From a virus: 64,000 bases of DNA. Below the pieces are notes generated by a model. It had not been told where the DNA came from. It worked only from the letters and a program-made list of their open reading frames with translations, and did not search any database. A program made the position numbers and the translations under genes. This document shows positions 47,533 through 57,340 of the stretch, in pieces (position 1 is the stretch's first letter; the number at the start of each line of letters is the position of its first letter). The stretch covers positions 30,672-94,671 of IMG/VR virus record IMGVR_UViG_3300035698_012128, one strand, 5' to 3'.

Positions 47533-48285
47533 ATGACAAGATTAGAAGAGTTAGAAGAAATGGAAATCTCCATCAAAACAGAAAAATCTTTATTATTCGA
47601 TGAAAACAAATATGTATTGGCTAAGTCAATCCGTATGGAGGAGTTAATTAAAGGTTTAAAAGATATCAATTATAGAGGTAGTGTACTCGAATCTATATTT
47701 ATGGATCTCAAGAAGGAATACCCAGATCACATAACAATAAGCCCACCATCCAAATCCAAAATTACTAAGTCTGAAGAAGACAACTTATTATTCAGTGAAG
47801 AAGAGTGGGATAAGAATGGAAGTACGGAAACACCATTATTTAAAATTAAAGGAATTTATCATGTATTTAATTACCGCGACATAGCAGAAGGGAAATTTGT
47901 AGGGTCCTCAATTCCAGAATGCCAGTATCGTTTGTACAAGATTGATTCTGCTATAAGTAAATTAAAAGAGTATATTAGTAGTACAATAAAAAACCAACAC
48001 AAATATGCTGAAATGGAAATGATTGGGGATGAATTGATCGGGAATTTTGAAGTTAAATTTCCCAACATACTTACCATTGAGAAAACCTTAAGGTGGAACT
48101 GGAATAAGCGTACTAAATTTAAAACCCTACATGCCAACATCATCATCAAATTCAACAATACTAATATGGTTGAGATAATGTATTGGGGTAATAAATCATG
48201 GAGTATACATAGAGTGGTGGAAAATAAAAAGAAAGTAGTAACAGAAGAAGAAAAAATAACAAAATTGGCTAGTTATGCTGATTGA
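47533..48285 (+). CDS. hypothetical protein
   Basis: Follows promoter motif. Confidence 0.65.
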   Translation: MTRLEELEEMEISIKTEKSLLFDENKYVLAKSIRMEELIKGLKDINYRGSVLESIFMDLKKEYPDHITISPPSKSKITKSEEDNLLFSEEEWDKNGSTETPLFKIKGIYHVFNYRDIAEGKFVGSSIPECQYRLYKIDSAISKLKEYISSTIKNQHKYAEMEMIGDELIGNFEVKFPNILTIEKTLRWNWNKRTKFKTLHANIIIKFNNTNMVEIMYWGNKSWSIHRVVENKKKVVTEEEKITKLASYAD

Positions 48286-48320
48286 AAGAGAAAATATCAC
48301 ATAACGTTTATTATACAGTT

Positions 48321-48353
48321 AGACCCTATATCTTATAGATTTAGGGTCTTTTT
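48321..48353 (+). terminator. terminator fused to the next promoter
   Basis: AGACCCTA...TAGGGTCT-TTTT. Confidence 0.65.
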
Positions 48354-48403
48354 ATTATAAAAGTTTCTTTATATATTTAATTATAATAAAAAAACAAATC
48401 ATT

Positions 48404-48832
48404 ATGAGTGAAGTAAACAAAATATCTAACACATCGATACCTGACACATACATAGATGATGTTACTAATGAAATTAATAATATTAAACAGTATGTTCCCT
48501 TGGTAAATAGGAAATATCTGGATATTGACCGTCTTAATCCAAATCACACCAGCAAATGTATTTATGGATTAATGTATTTATATTGTTACTCAGGCGAAGC
48601 AGAGGATGCCATTAGAAAATGTTGTAAAGCACAATATTCATTCTCACAACCAGTATATGATAGTGCATTAAAATCTTATCCTGCTAGGGATAGGAGTTTA
48701 TTTTCTAATTCATTTTCATGTTTGGAACATTATATAGTCGCTTTCCCATCACAAAATAAAGATATTATTAGTTACATAAAAGATGAATTAGATGAGCTAC
48801 CTGAATTGACTATGGAAATTCTCATAAAATAG
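48404..48832 (+). CDS. hypothetical protein, paralog of 46771-47178
   Basis: Shared motifs as above. Confidence 0.7.
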   Translation: MSEVNKISNTSIPDTYIDDVTNEINNIKQYVPLVNRKYLDIDRLNPNHTSKCIYGLMYLYCYSGEAEDAIRKCCKAQYSFSQPVYDSALKSYPARDRSLFSNSFSCLEHYIVAFPSQNKDIISYIKDELDELPELTMEILIK

Positions 48833-48881
48833 GATTTAAGAAAGTTTCTTTATATATTAAATCATAATAAAAAATAACATT

Positions 48882-49821
48882 ATGACATTACACGAAATTA
48901 ATTTAAAATTAGATCAATTACATCATTATGTACATCTTGATAGAATCAAGGTCGTAGATAAAGATGAAATCAGGTATGATGATTATCTAGAATTGGCAAG
49001 TGGTGATGTAGATTTAGGACGCATACCGTTTTTTGCAGTTAAATGTACATTCAAGTTAAGTGCTGTAAAAAATACTACAGGATTTATTGTTATAAAGTTA
49101 GAGTACAAGTATGAACACTTTAGTGGTGGTACTAATGGAGTAACACTACACTTTAAAAGTATAGATGGTGGGAAAACATTCGAAACAGCTTAAATAATAA
49201 TAAAACAAACATTATGATTAACGAAGCATTATTGAAATCAGTACGTAGCGACATGAAGAAAGCTATGGATGAAGTAGGTAAAAAACACAGCATTATATTC
49301 TCCATAGGTGTTATGTCATATAACGCTACTGAGTTTTCATTCAAAACCAACTCTACAGTATTAGGGGGGAGGAATAGAGGGGATTTAGCACGTGATCTAT
49401 GGAATGAGTGTTGTGATGGTTATGATTTAAAACCAGAATGGTTTGGGATGAAAGTTGTAGTTAGTCCTACAATATCAGGTACAATAATAGGTATTAAACC
49501 TAGAAGTAACAAATACCCTATACTAGTTGATTGTGGGGGGGGTAAAGTGTATAAATTGAGATCGTATACTGTTATACAACAATGTAGTAAATTATAGTTA
49601 TTATGAAAATACAACAAATTACGAATCGAAGTAGAAGAGATTTTACCGCAGTAATGGAATGTGAACACTGTGGAGATACGATTGTAAATAATAGCGGGTA
49701 CGACGATGCGTACTACCATTCGAAAGTTATCCCTTCTATGAAGTGTAGTAAGTGTGGTGAGAAAGGTAAAAAAGATTCCATACCAGCGACCCCCAAATAT
49801 GGTTCTCACGAAATTATCTAA
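48882..49821 (+). other. three small accessory ORFs (48882-49193, 49214-49597, 49603-49821 zinc ribbon)
   Basis: CEHCG...CSKCG in the last. Confidence 0.6.
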
Positions 49822-49838
49822 AGTAAACTAATAATTAT

Positions 49839-50168
49839 ATGAAGATCAAGAACATATTCCCTTTAATTACAATTATGTCACAAGATACAATAAATAAATC
49901 AAACATTATGGATCATAATGATTGTATCGGTCACCACCACCTCAAAAAAGGTCTGAGTGACAATGGTGTAATTGGTGTTGAAGATTGGGAAATTAAGTGG
50001 GGTGTATCTGCGGGGTACATAAGAGATATAAATACTGGTGAGATCATGTGTCTTCAATCCCAATATGTGGATGTAGAAACAAATAAAATAAAACAGTATA
50101 ACATGCTAAAGGCTAAAGCGGGAGATGATGTTATATTTGATACGCTATTTAAAACGATTAAACATTGA
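49839..50168 (+). CDS. FP-TQ-CIGA family paralog (divergent)
   Basis: IFP...SQDTIN...CIG...W. Confidence 0.6.
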   Translation: MKIKNIFPLITIMSQDTINKSNIMDHNDCIGHHHLKKGLSDNGVIGVEDWEIKWGVSAGYIRDINTGEIMCLQSQYVDVETNKIKQYNMLKAKAGDDVIFDTLFKTIKH

Positions 50169-50378
50169 TATGCCCTACACATTGACAACTATAGTTACAA
50201 ATAAAATATTTGGTAACGAAATACTATTAAATACAGAAGCCCAAGTAATGCATGAAGCATTGCTAAGACAAGGTGATACAAGACACAGTACCGAAATGTC
50301 TGCTAATTTTAACCAAGCTGTCAAAAACGAAGATACTATGTCAATATTAAAAAAGAAAGTATTAAAATTAAGATTGAT

Positions 50379-50582
50379 ATGAAAAATAAAGAAAACACAC
50401 ATAGGCCATCTCGTAAGAATGCCGGGAGGTATATGATATTTATGACCTTAATAAGTGGTTTATTGGGTGGATTATTTTGGTACAATTTAAACTTTGAGGT
50501 GGCTTGTTTTACTTTACTCTTAGTGATTATTATGTTATTGTTATCAATCAGATATAACCAATATCTGATAGCATCCTTATAG
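50379..50582 (+). CDS. small two-TM membrane protein
   Basis: Two hydrophobic segments. Confidence 0.55.
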   Translation: MKNKENTHRPSRKNAGRYMIFMTLISGLLGGLFWYNLNFEVACFTLLLVIIMLLLSIRYNQYLIASL

Positions 50583-50592
50583 ATTTAGGGTC

Positions 50593-50655
50593 TTTTTATT
50601 ATAAAAGTTTCTTTGTATATTAAAGTATAATAAGATAGTAACAAACAAACATTAA
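50593..50655 (+). repeat. 63-bp promoter/leader repeat, copy 2
   Basis: Identical to 51913-51975. Confidence 0.9.
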
Positions 50656-50656
50656 G

Positions 50657-50953
50657 ATGAGAAAATACAAAGAATTAGTCAACAATCCACCCGAAATAAG
50701 TGTACCAAAAGTTTGTAGAGAAGTAATATTTGGTGTAGTGTTTGAGATAGGTGATATCACAAATTTAATCAGATTTAAGAAAAATGTAGAAGGTGATTTT
50801 GTGATAAGTGGTGGTGGTTTATTATTTAAAAATTATAGAGGTAATTATGAAAGATTCGAACTTGAATGGGCCGCTGATGAGGGTGAGTGGGATTATGTTA
50901 TGAGATTAATTAATTCAGGACCTATGCAAATCGATTACGTTAGATTTAGATAA
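50657..50953 (+). CDS. hypothetical protein
   Basis: Directly after the repeat. Confidence 0.6.
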   Translation: MRKYKELVNNPPEISVPKVCREVIFGVVFEIGDITNLIRFKKNVEGDFVISGGGLLFKNYRGNYERFELEWAADEGEWDYVMRLINSGPMQIDYVRFR

Positions 50954-50964
50954 AAACAATTAAC

Positions 50965-51273
50965 ATGGAAGGTTTAAAACCAATACAACATCTGTTTCCC
51001 GTTACTGTAAATGTAACACAAGAAATGATAGATAAAGGTAAAGCGAACATTACATCACCCTCCCATTGCATTGGGGCAATTGCTGTAAGAAAAGTAATAA
51101 CAGATAATAGATATGTATCATGGGCTAATAGTTGTGGATGTATAGAAACAAGAGATAGTTGGCCACACTATTATTTCCAGATACAATCATTTGATGCTAT
51201 TACCCATCTACCTGTAGTAATGGAACACATTATATCACCTCAAAACATAATATTAAAAGAATGGAAGATTTAA
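50965..51273 (+). CDS. FP-TQ-CIGA family paralog
   Basis: FPVTVNVTQEMID...CIGA. Confidence 0.8.
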   Translation: MEGLKPIQHLFPVTVNVTQEMIDKGKANITSPSHCIGAIAVRKVITDNRYVSWANSCGCIETRDSWPHYYFQIQSFDAITHLPVVMEHIISPQNIILKEWKI

Positions 51274-51572
51274 AACCAATACAACATCTGTTTCCAGCTA
51301 CAATAGAAATAACACAAGAAGTGTTGGATAAAGGGAGAGAAAACTTAATGGACTGCAACCATTGTATTGGAGTGGTCGCCTTAAGAACAATAATAACAGA
51401 TGAAAGGTATATATCATGGGCTGGATATAATGGAAGTATAAGGCAATCAGTAAGTTTGAATATTGAGTACTTCAATGTACAATCATTTAATGAGGATGGT
51501 ACTGAATTAATATATATGGAATCAATTAGAGAACCACAAAAAATAGTAATAAAACCATGGAAAAAATACTAA
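51261..51572 (+). CDS. FP-TQ-CIGA family paralog
   Basis: FPATIEITQEVLD...CIGV. Confidence 0.8.
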   Translation: MEDLKPIQHLFPATIEITQEVLDKGRENLMDCNHCIGVVALRTIITDERYISWAGYNGSIRQSVSLNIEYFNVQSFNEDGTELIYMESIREPQKIVIKPWKKY

Positions 51573-51889
51573 AAAATCTATTCCCAGTTACAGTACAAAT
51601 AACTCAAGAACAAATAGATAGAGGTAGAGTACACATATATTCTACTACAAGATGTGTTGGTGCTTTAGTCCTTAAATCAATTGTTGGGGATAGAGCTGAT
51701 GTATCATTTGGGTGTAGTTCAGGTACTGTTATAAAATTAGATGGTTCTGACTGTTGGACGGTTAATGTGAAGAAGGATGGTATTAAATTCGACATGATGG
51801 AAGTGTTAAAACCAACTACAGTAACATTCGAACTTTATCAAACTGATATGGGAAGAGTAGACACATTTTCAACACACTTTACACAATAG
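51557..51889 (+). CDS. FP-TQ-CIGA family paralog
   Basis: FPVTVQITQEQID...CVGA. Confidence 0.8.
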   Translation: MEKILKNLFPVTVQITQEQIDRGRVHIYSTTRCVGALVLKSIVGDRADVSFGCSSGTVIKLDGSDCWTVNVKKDGIKFDMMEVLKPTTVTFELYQTDMGRVDTFSTHFTQ

Positions 51890-51912
51890 TGGATCAAATT
51901 TAGATATAATAG

Positions 51913-51975
51913 TTTTTATTATAAAAGTTTCTTTGTATATTAAAGTATAATAAGATAGTAACAAACAAACATTAA
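51913..51975 (+). repeat. 63-bp promoter/leader repeat, copy 3
   Basis: Identical to 50593-50655. Confidence 0.9.
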
Positions 51976-51976
51976 A

Positions 51977-52285
51977 GTGGAGGAAAAAACAAAACAAGAA
52001 CTTGAAATTAGTAAACATTTTCCTGCTACCGTAGAGGTAACACAAGAAATGATTGATAAAGCAGACATTTATCATAAAGAAAAATGTATAGGAGCTATTG
52101 TACTAAAGAGCATATTGAAAGATGTAGTAGGAGAAGTACAAGTAAGATGGGGTAGTTATTATGGAAGTGTAGAATTCAACAACCGTGGTTATCTTCAATT
52201 TGAATCATTTAATGAAAGTGGAAAAATAAGGGGGATGATGAATATAAAACACCCCACAACAGTTGTAATAAAAATAAATTACTAA
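51977..52285 (+). CDS. FP-TQ-CIGA family paralog
   Basis: FPATVEVTQEMID...CIGA. Confidence 0.8.
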   Translation: MEEKTKQELEISKHFPATVEVTQEMIDKADIYHKEKCIGAIVLKSILKDVVGEVQVRWGSYYGSVEFNNRGYLQFESFNESGKIRGMMNIKHPTTVVIKINY

Positions 52286-52307
52286 CATCATTAATCATAA
52301 AATAAAT

Positions 52308-52697
52308 ATGAAACATTCAACACAATTATTCAACCACCTCAAATCAATATATCATAACATTATTGCTAAACCTAAACCATTACGTCCACGTATAGTTGAT
52401 ATGTTCCCTGTTAAGGTTAGAATAACACAAGATATGCTTGACAATAATGATAGGTTAAATATCACAGATTGTGTTGGAGCTAAAGTACTAAAAAGTATAC
52501 TTGGTAATGATAGTAAATTAGATGGTAAGATCACACCATATTGGATTAATAATTCATGCGACATATACTTCGAATACCCCAATCATAATAAATCGAATGA
52601 AAAAGGTATTAATATAGGTTCGTTTGATGTAAATGATAGAGAGGTATATATATTAGATCTTCATGAACCATGTGATGTTATATTTAAAGTTATATGA
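52308..52697 (+). CDS. FP-TQ-CIGA family paralog
   Basis: FPVKVRITQDMLD...CVGA. Confidence 0.8.
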   Translation: MKHSTQLFNHLKSIYHNIIAKPKPLRPRIVDMFPVKVRITQDMLDNNDRLNITDCVGAKVLKSILGNDSKLDGKITPYWINNSCDIYFEYPNHNKSNEKGINIGSFDVNDREVYILDLHEPCDVIFKVI

Positions 52698-52739
52698 ATG
52701 TGAATCCAAACACATAATATTATTTCAGAAAAAAAAACA

Positions 52740-53099
52740 ATGAACATACCACAAATACTCAAATCAATAAGATACATAACCAGACACAGCACCAGACAAG
52801 ACATGATGGATAAATTCCCATTAGTCATAAATGTCACCCAGAAAATGATCGACGCTGGTAGGGGAAAAAATATAATACAAAGTACGAGATGTGTAGGTGC
52901 TCAGGCGTTGAAAAGTAAGTTAAGTGGATGGGGTGGTTGGCATATAAGATGGGGTGATAATCAGGGTCATCTAATATATAGATCCGACCCATTTCATCCT
53001 AAAAAATATATAACATTAGGATCTGACACCAATATGATGATGGTTAAAAAACCATGTACTGTTACATTTACTCTTAGCACACCCTCAAATTTAAATTAA
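52740..53099 (+). CDS. FP-TQ-CIGA family paralog
   Basis: FPLVINVTQKMID...CVGA. Confidence 0.8.
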   Translation: MNIPQILKSIRYITRHSTRQDMMDKFPLVINVTQKMIDAGRGKNIIQSTRCVGAQALKSKLSGWGGWHIRWGDNQGHLIYRSDPFHPKKYITLGSDTNMMMVKKPCTVTFTLSTPSNLN

Positions 53100-53459
53100 A
53101 TGAAACACCTTGTAAAGTATATTAAATCATTATTAAACATTAAACCTTCATTAAACACCCAAAGGCAAAATATAATCGATATGTTCCCAGTTACGGTTCA
53201 TATAACGCAGGAAATGATCGATAGGAGTAATGTGCGGGATTTTAAAAATTGTATAGGAGCCATTGTTGTGAATGAAGTTATTAAAGATGTGAAAGGTTGG
53301 TCATGTGGGTGGTTTGATATTTTTGGAGATGTGAGTTGTGATTTTGGATCGAGTGAATATGACATACGTATTGAATCTAAAAATGTGGGTGGAGATGAGG
53401 AGTTTTTGGGTATGATAAGTGTTAAAAAACCATGTGATGTTATGTTAGTAGTCGAGTAA
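53100..53459 (+). CDS. FP-TQ-CIGA family paralog
   Basis: FPVTVHITQEMID...CIGA. Confidence 0.8.
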   Translation: MKHLVKYIKSLLNIKPSLNTQRQNIIDMFPVTVHITQEMIDRSNVRDFKNCIGAIVVNEVIKDVKGWSCGWFDIFGDVSCDFGSSEYDIRIESKNVGGDEEFLGMISVKKPCDVMLVVE

Positions 53460-53480
53460 CCAAATTAAATATTAAATTAT

Positions 53481-53852
53481 ATGAAACGCATAATAACATA
53501 TTTTAAATCATTATTGCACATTGATCATCCATTAAATAACGAAATGATTTCATTGGATGTACAACGACAAAATATAGTTGATATGTTTCCGTGTACTGTA
53601 TATGTGACACAAAATATAATTGATAATAGTGTATTATGTAGCTCAAATAGATGTATAGGAGCTAAAGTTGTGAATGAATTCCTTAGAGATAATTTGGGGT
53701 GGAAGTGTCAGTGGATGCGTAGTTGTGGTACTATATATGATAGTACCAATTCTGTAAATATATATATTGAATCCAAAAATATGAGTGGATGGGCTATTGA
53801 TATGATGGATATTACCGAACCGTGTTATGTTATGTTAGATGTAACCGAGTAA
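53481..53852 (+). CDS. FP-TQ-CIGA family paralog
   Basis: FPCTVYVTQNIID...CIGA. Confidence 0.8.
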   Translation: MKRIITYFKSLLHIDHPLNNEMISLDVQRQNIVDMFPCTVYVTQNIIDNSVLCSSNRCIGAKVVNEFLRDNLGWKCQWMRSCGTIYDSTNSVNIYIESKNMSGWAIDMMDITEPCYVMLDVTE

Positions 53853-54340
53853 GAGGTGTAAAGGTCGTTTATTTCCGTAAATCGAGCAAAGGTGCATGTA
53901 ATTGTAATGATTATGTGCATTTTTTGTTATAGTTTTTTTCATACAATGTGTGGAATATAATATAATGTGTGATATAATAAGGTAATGTGATTGTGTTAAT
54001 GTAATATAGTATATGGAATGGGTTAGGGTGTGGGTGTGGTGAGGTGTGGAGATCCGCATTAATTTTGTCCCCCCCACTCCTATCTATACACTCGTACTCG
54101 TATATACTTATTAGGACGTTGATAATAAACGTGCTATATTTTTTTATGGGGGTAGGCACCCACATGATGTGGAATTCCACATACAGATACCTACATCATG
54201 CATAATATTCTGTCACAACGTGAATAACCAGACGAAAATACTGTGAATTGAAACATTTGTGACGGTAAGGTTAAGAAGACATTCATCATATGCGTCATTT
54301 ACAGCAGAAGATTCTGTTACAATAATTTTTTTTATGCTTG
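53853..54340. other. long non-coding region with G/T skew switching to a C run
   Basis: TGTG-rich tract, C7 run, CTCGTATATAC, palindrome TGTGGAATTCCACA. Confidence 0.55.
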
Positions 54341-54351
54341 TTTTTTTTATA

Positions 54352-54377
54352 GTTTCTTTGTATATTAAAGTATAATA
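54352..54377 (+). promoter_or_regulatory. representative phage promoter GTTTCTTYGTATATT-n-RTWATAAT (about 27 copies in window)
   Basis: Same motif about 30-60 nt upstream of starts at roughly 7682, 7909, 9471, 12293, 13451, 25311, 26323, 32366, 39579, 44871, 45883, 47494, 48363, 48844, 50607, 51927, 55210, 55611, 55947, 56655 and on the - strand near 59215 and 61165. Confidence 0.85.
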
Positions 54378-54387
54378 AATAACCAAA

Positions 54388-55932
54388 ATGTACAATATGG
54401 AAAATATAGCATTAATAAAAGAGTTGGTAATAAAAGAAATGGAAGAAATGGCATCCATCAAGTTATTAAATGTACTGCACGGTCGACTTCACTTAAATGA
54501 GATAGCAGTGTTGGGGGATAACATATTAGTTGCAAAAAGTTGGAACGAAGATACTAAATTATCACAAATATCAGTTCTCATCGACAACATAGAATTGAAT
54601 GTATTTAGAGAAGAACAAGTGATACGTAAAGTTGTTGATCATTATTATGCTATACCTGAAGCTGTTGGTGTTGAAGTTGAATATGAAACTCATATGTAAT
54701 TATTGCACGTTTTTTTAATATTTTCTTCGTACATTATGGTATATTAATAAATAACAAATGTTAGACTTAAAAGTTTTAAAAGTAGGTGATGTTGTAAATG
54801 CCAACAGAACAATATGGTATTCCAACAAAGAATTATTATTGAAGGAAGGTTACACAGATGTAGAACCTGTACCTCCTATAATCAAAAAAGGTAGGTTTAC
54901 AGTAATAAAACATATTGATATGGACAACCTAACAGTTGATATGAAGGAGGGTACAGCCATTCCTATTAAGTGGTTCAATTCTACTGAATATCACCTAAAA
55001 TAAACAAATAATGAAAGTTAAAGACGCAATCAAGTTATTGTCAGTAAAAGACCCAGATGCCGAACTTATAATCCAGAGTATCGATCCTAATGCTACCTTC
55101 ACTTACTCAATTACTAAAGATTTAATATTTTGGAATTCACATGGTGAAGGAAAAGAATACAGTGGTAAAAACGTAGTTATTGTTAATGTGAGTGTATAAA
55201 GGCTTATTAGTTTCTTCGTATATTTAATTATAGTAAAAAATTAATAAACATTATGTCAAAATTAGAAGCAAATAAGAAAAGTATTATTATTTCACCAGTT
55301 GACGGCGGAATTCTATGTTATTCAAATACATTGAATATTCAAGAACTGAAAGAAAAGCATAATATAATTGAAGAACCTGAAAATGATGCTTTCTTCGGTG
55401 AATTTACATTCGATGAATTAATTATTAGATTGAGAAGTGTAGATGCTGATTACTTTAATTAAAAAACAAACAACAGCAGGTGTAATACCTGCTGTTAATA
55501 TAATTATGAGATTCAAAAAATTTGAAGATATGTCAGACGCCGAACATAATATACTAGGAAGTATTGTTATAGCCGCTGTTGGAATTATTATGATGTTAAA
55601 TATTTAATAAGTTTCTTCGTATATTAAATTATAATAAAAAAATAATAATGAAAAAACTGAAATTCACTTCCAAAGGAAAAAAATTATATAAGCATGTGCA
55701 TCATCTGTTTGATAAAACAGACATGGCATTCAGCGACTTAGAAGAAAGATATCAAGATGTAGCATTTCTGTGGATTATGATTAATGAAACAGTTTTGGAG
55801 AATAAATTGAAAGATATCAAATCATATGCTTTACAGTATGATGAATTGAAAGAATACAGTTCAACATCTGTTAATGAAGCAATAAATAAAGGATTAAAAG
55901 CTGGAAACATAATTTTATTAAATATAGAATGA
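54388..55932 (+). other. small promoter-led ORFs (54388-54699, 54758-55003, 55011-55199, 55253-55462, 55648-55932)
   Basis: Nearly every ORF has its own promoter copy, suggesting early genes. Confidence 0.6.
55472..55496. terminator. hairpin, possible terminator
   Basis: AACAGCAGGT/ACCTGCTGTT. Confidence 0.55.
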
Positions 55933-56019
55933 TTTGATATTATAAAGTTTCTTCGTATATTTAAGTATTATAAATTTTTAAACAATTATTAAATTTTTTA
56001 CAATTAAACAATCAAACAA

Positions 56020-56478
56020 ATGAAAAATTCTAAAAGTAAGTCTGCTGTTAAAGAAAATGTGAATGTTGAAGCAACTGTTGAAGCTCCAAAAGTGAACATA
56101 GTAAAGCAAATTCCGATGAAGAAAGCATCACCTGGAAGACCTGTTAATAAGAATTCTGTAAGACAAATACGTCTTGCCGACATTGCTGAAAGAAAAGAAA
56201 ACGGAACGTTCGGAAGAACCGGTAGACCTATTAATCCGAATTCAGTAAATCAAGCAAAGGTTAGAGCAACAGCTGAAAGAGTTGCAAACGGTGAAGTAAT
56301 TACTAGAGGAAGGCCGATTGATAAAACTTCAGCAAGACAAGTGTTTCTTGATGACATTGCAGAAAGAAAAGCAAACGGAACCTATAAATTAGGAAGACCT
56401 GCAGGAACAAAAAACAAAGTAGTAGAGATTGTTGAAGAAGCTGACATGATTGAAATGTCAGAGCAGACAGTAGATTAA
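56020..56478 (+). CDS. basic repeat protein with four GRP (AT-hook-like) motifs
   Basis: PGRPVN, TGRPIN, RGRPID, LGRPAG at about 29-aa period. Confidence 0.75.
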   Translation: MKNSKSKSAVKENVNVEATVEAPKVNIVKQIPMKKASPGRPVNKNSVRQIRLADIAERKENGTFGRTGRPINPNSVNQAKVRATAERVANGEVITRGRPIDKTSARQVFLDDIAERKANGTYKLGRPAGTKNKVVEIVEEADMIEMSEQTVD

Positions 56479-56508
56479 GAGTAACAGTCGATCAATTAAA
56501 AACAAAAG

Positions 56509-56645
56509 ATGCCTTAAATGTTAAAACGTTTAAGGTATTTTTTTGTGAATTTTTAAAGGTATGCCTTAAATGTTAAAACGTTTAAGGTATTTTTTTGTGA
56601 ATTTTTAAAGGTATGCCTTGAACGTTGATACGTTTGAGGTATTAT
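56509..56645 (+). repeat. 52-bp tandem repeat of terminator-like hairpins (two exact copies plus a variant)
   Basis: ATGCCTTAAATGT-TAAA-ACGTTTAAGGTAT-TTTTTT at 56509 and 56561; variant at 56613. Confidence 0.9.
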
Positions 56646-56692
56646 TATTTATGAGTTTCTTTGTATATTATAGTATAATAAATAATTAAAAA

Positions 56693-56902
56693 ATGAATAC
56701 ACTTAAATTACTTACAATTGAATTACTTACAAAGAAAGAACAAAATGAAATAGAATTAAAAGTGGAAACATTTTTAAATAAATCTATTTATGATAGCCTG
56801 CTTTTAAGTAATGATTCTGAAGACATTTTTACTACTAAAGAAGAGGCTGTCATTAACTGTATTATAAAAACATTGGAAGATAAAATAGAACAATTTAAAT
56901 AA
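56693..56902 (+). CDS. hypothetical protein
   Basis: Follows promoter motif. Confidence 0.55.
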   Translation: MNTLKLLTIELLTKKEQNEIELKVETFLNKSIYDSLLLSNDSEDIFTTKEEAVINCIIKTLEDKIEQFK

Positions 56903-56911
56903 ATAAATAAT

Positions 56912-57280
56912 ATGAAAAATGTAACTGTTAATAATATTAAATATAGTGAAGCCCAGCTTCAAAAAATTAGAAATAGAAAAGAATTCACTACAAGAAGTCT
57001 TCTAGTGAAGCATGATGTTGAGAATGAATTCAATAGATTAAGTAATCTAAAAGATAAAAATTACAAACTTAACATTCACTACAATGACATTTATGCTATT
57101 AAAGGTGGGAATGTAAGAAGATTAAAATTGTTTGTAAACAATGATGTAAGATTAGAATTGCCGGCCATTAAAAAAGCAATTGAAAGTATGCCTAATAGAG
57201 GTTTTACAGTTGAATTTAAAGATCATAGAGACAAAGCATTTGGATGTTACAAAATAATTAAAATAACAGGACGAAATTAA
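56912..57280 (+). CDS. hypothetical protein, last + strand gene
   Basis: Followed by terminator. Confidence 0.6.
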   Translation: MKNVTVNNIKYSEAQLQKIRNRKEFTTRSLLVKHDVENEFNRLSNLKDKNYKLNIHYNDIYAIKGGNVRRLKLFVNNDVRLELPAIKKAIESMPNRGFTVEFKDHRDKAFGCYKIIKITGRN

Positions 57281-57304
57281 ATTAAATTGTTGCTGTTAAA
57301 AAAA

Positions 57305-57338
57305 AGATGCGGCTGTTAAAAAAACAGCTGCATTTTTC
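57305..57338. terminator. bidirectional terminator at strand convergence
   Basis: A-run, ATGCGGCTGTT/AACAGCTGCAT, T-run. Confidence 0.75.
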
Positions 57339-57340
57339 TA

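Noticed and set aside
53835-54461. - strand ORFs in the skewed region
   Set aside because: Low-complexity His/Thr/Tyr translations that reflect nucleotide skew
56509-56645. CRISPR array
   Set aside because: Spacer parts are identical between units; the only Cas-like gene is a distant Cas4-type nuclease
636-57300. Many - strand ORFs in the track that overlap + strand genes
   Set aside because: Antisense shadows of recognisable genes, with no motifs or promoters
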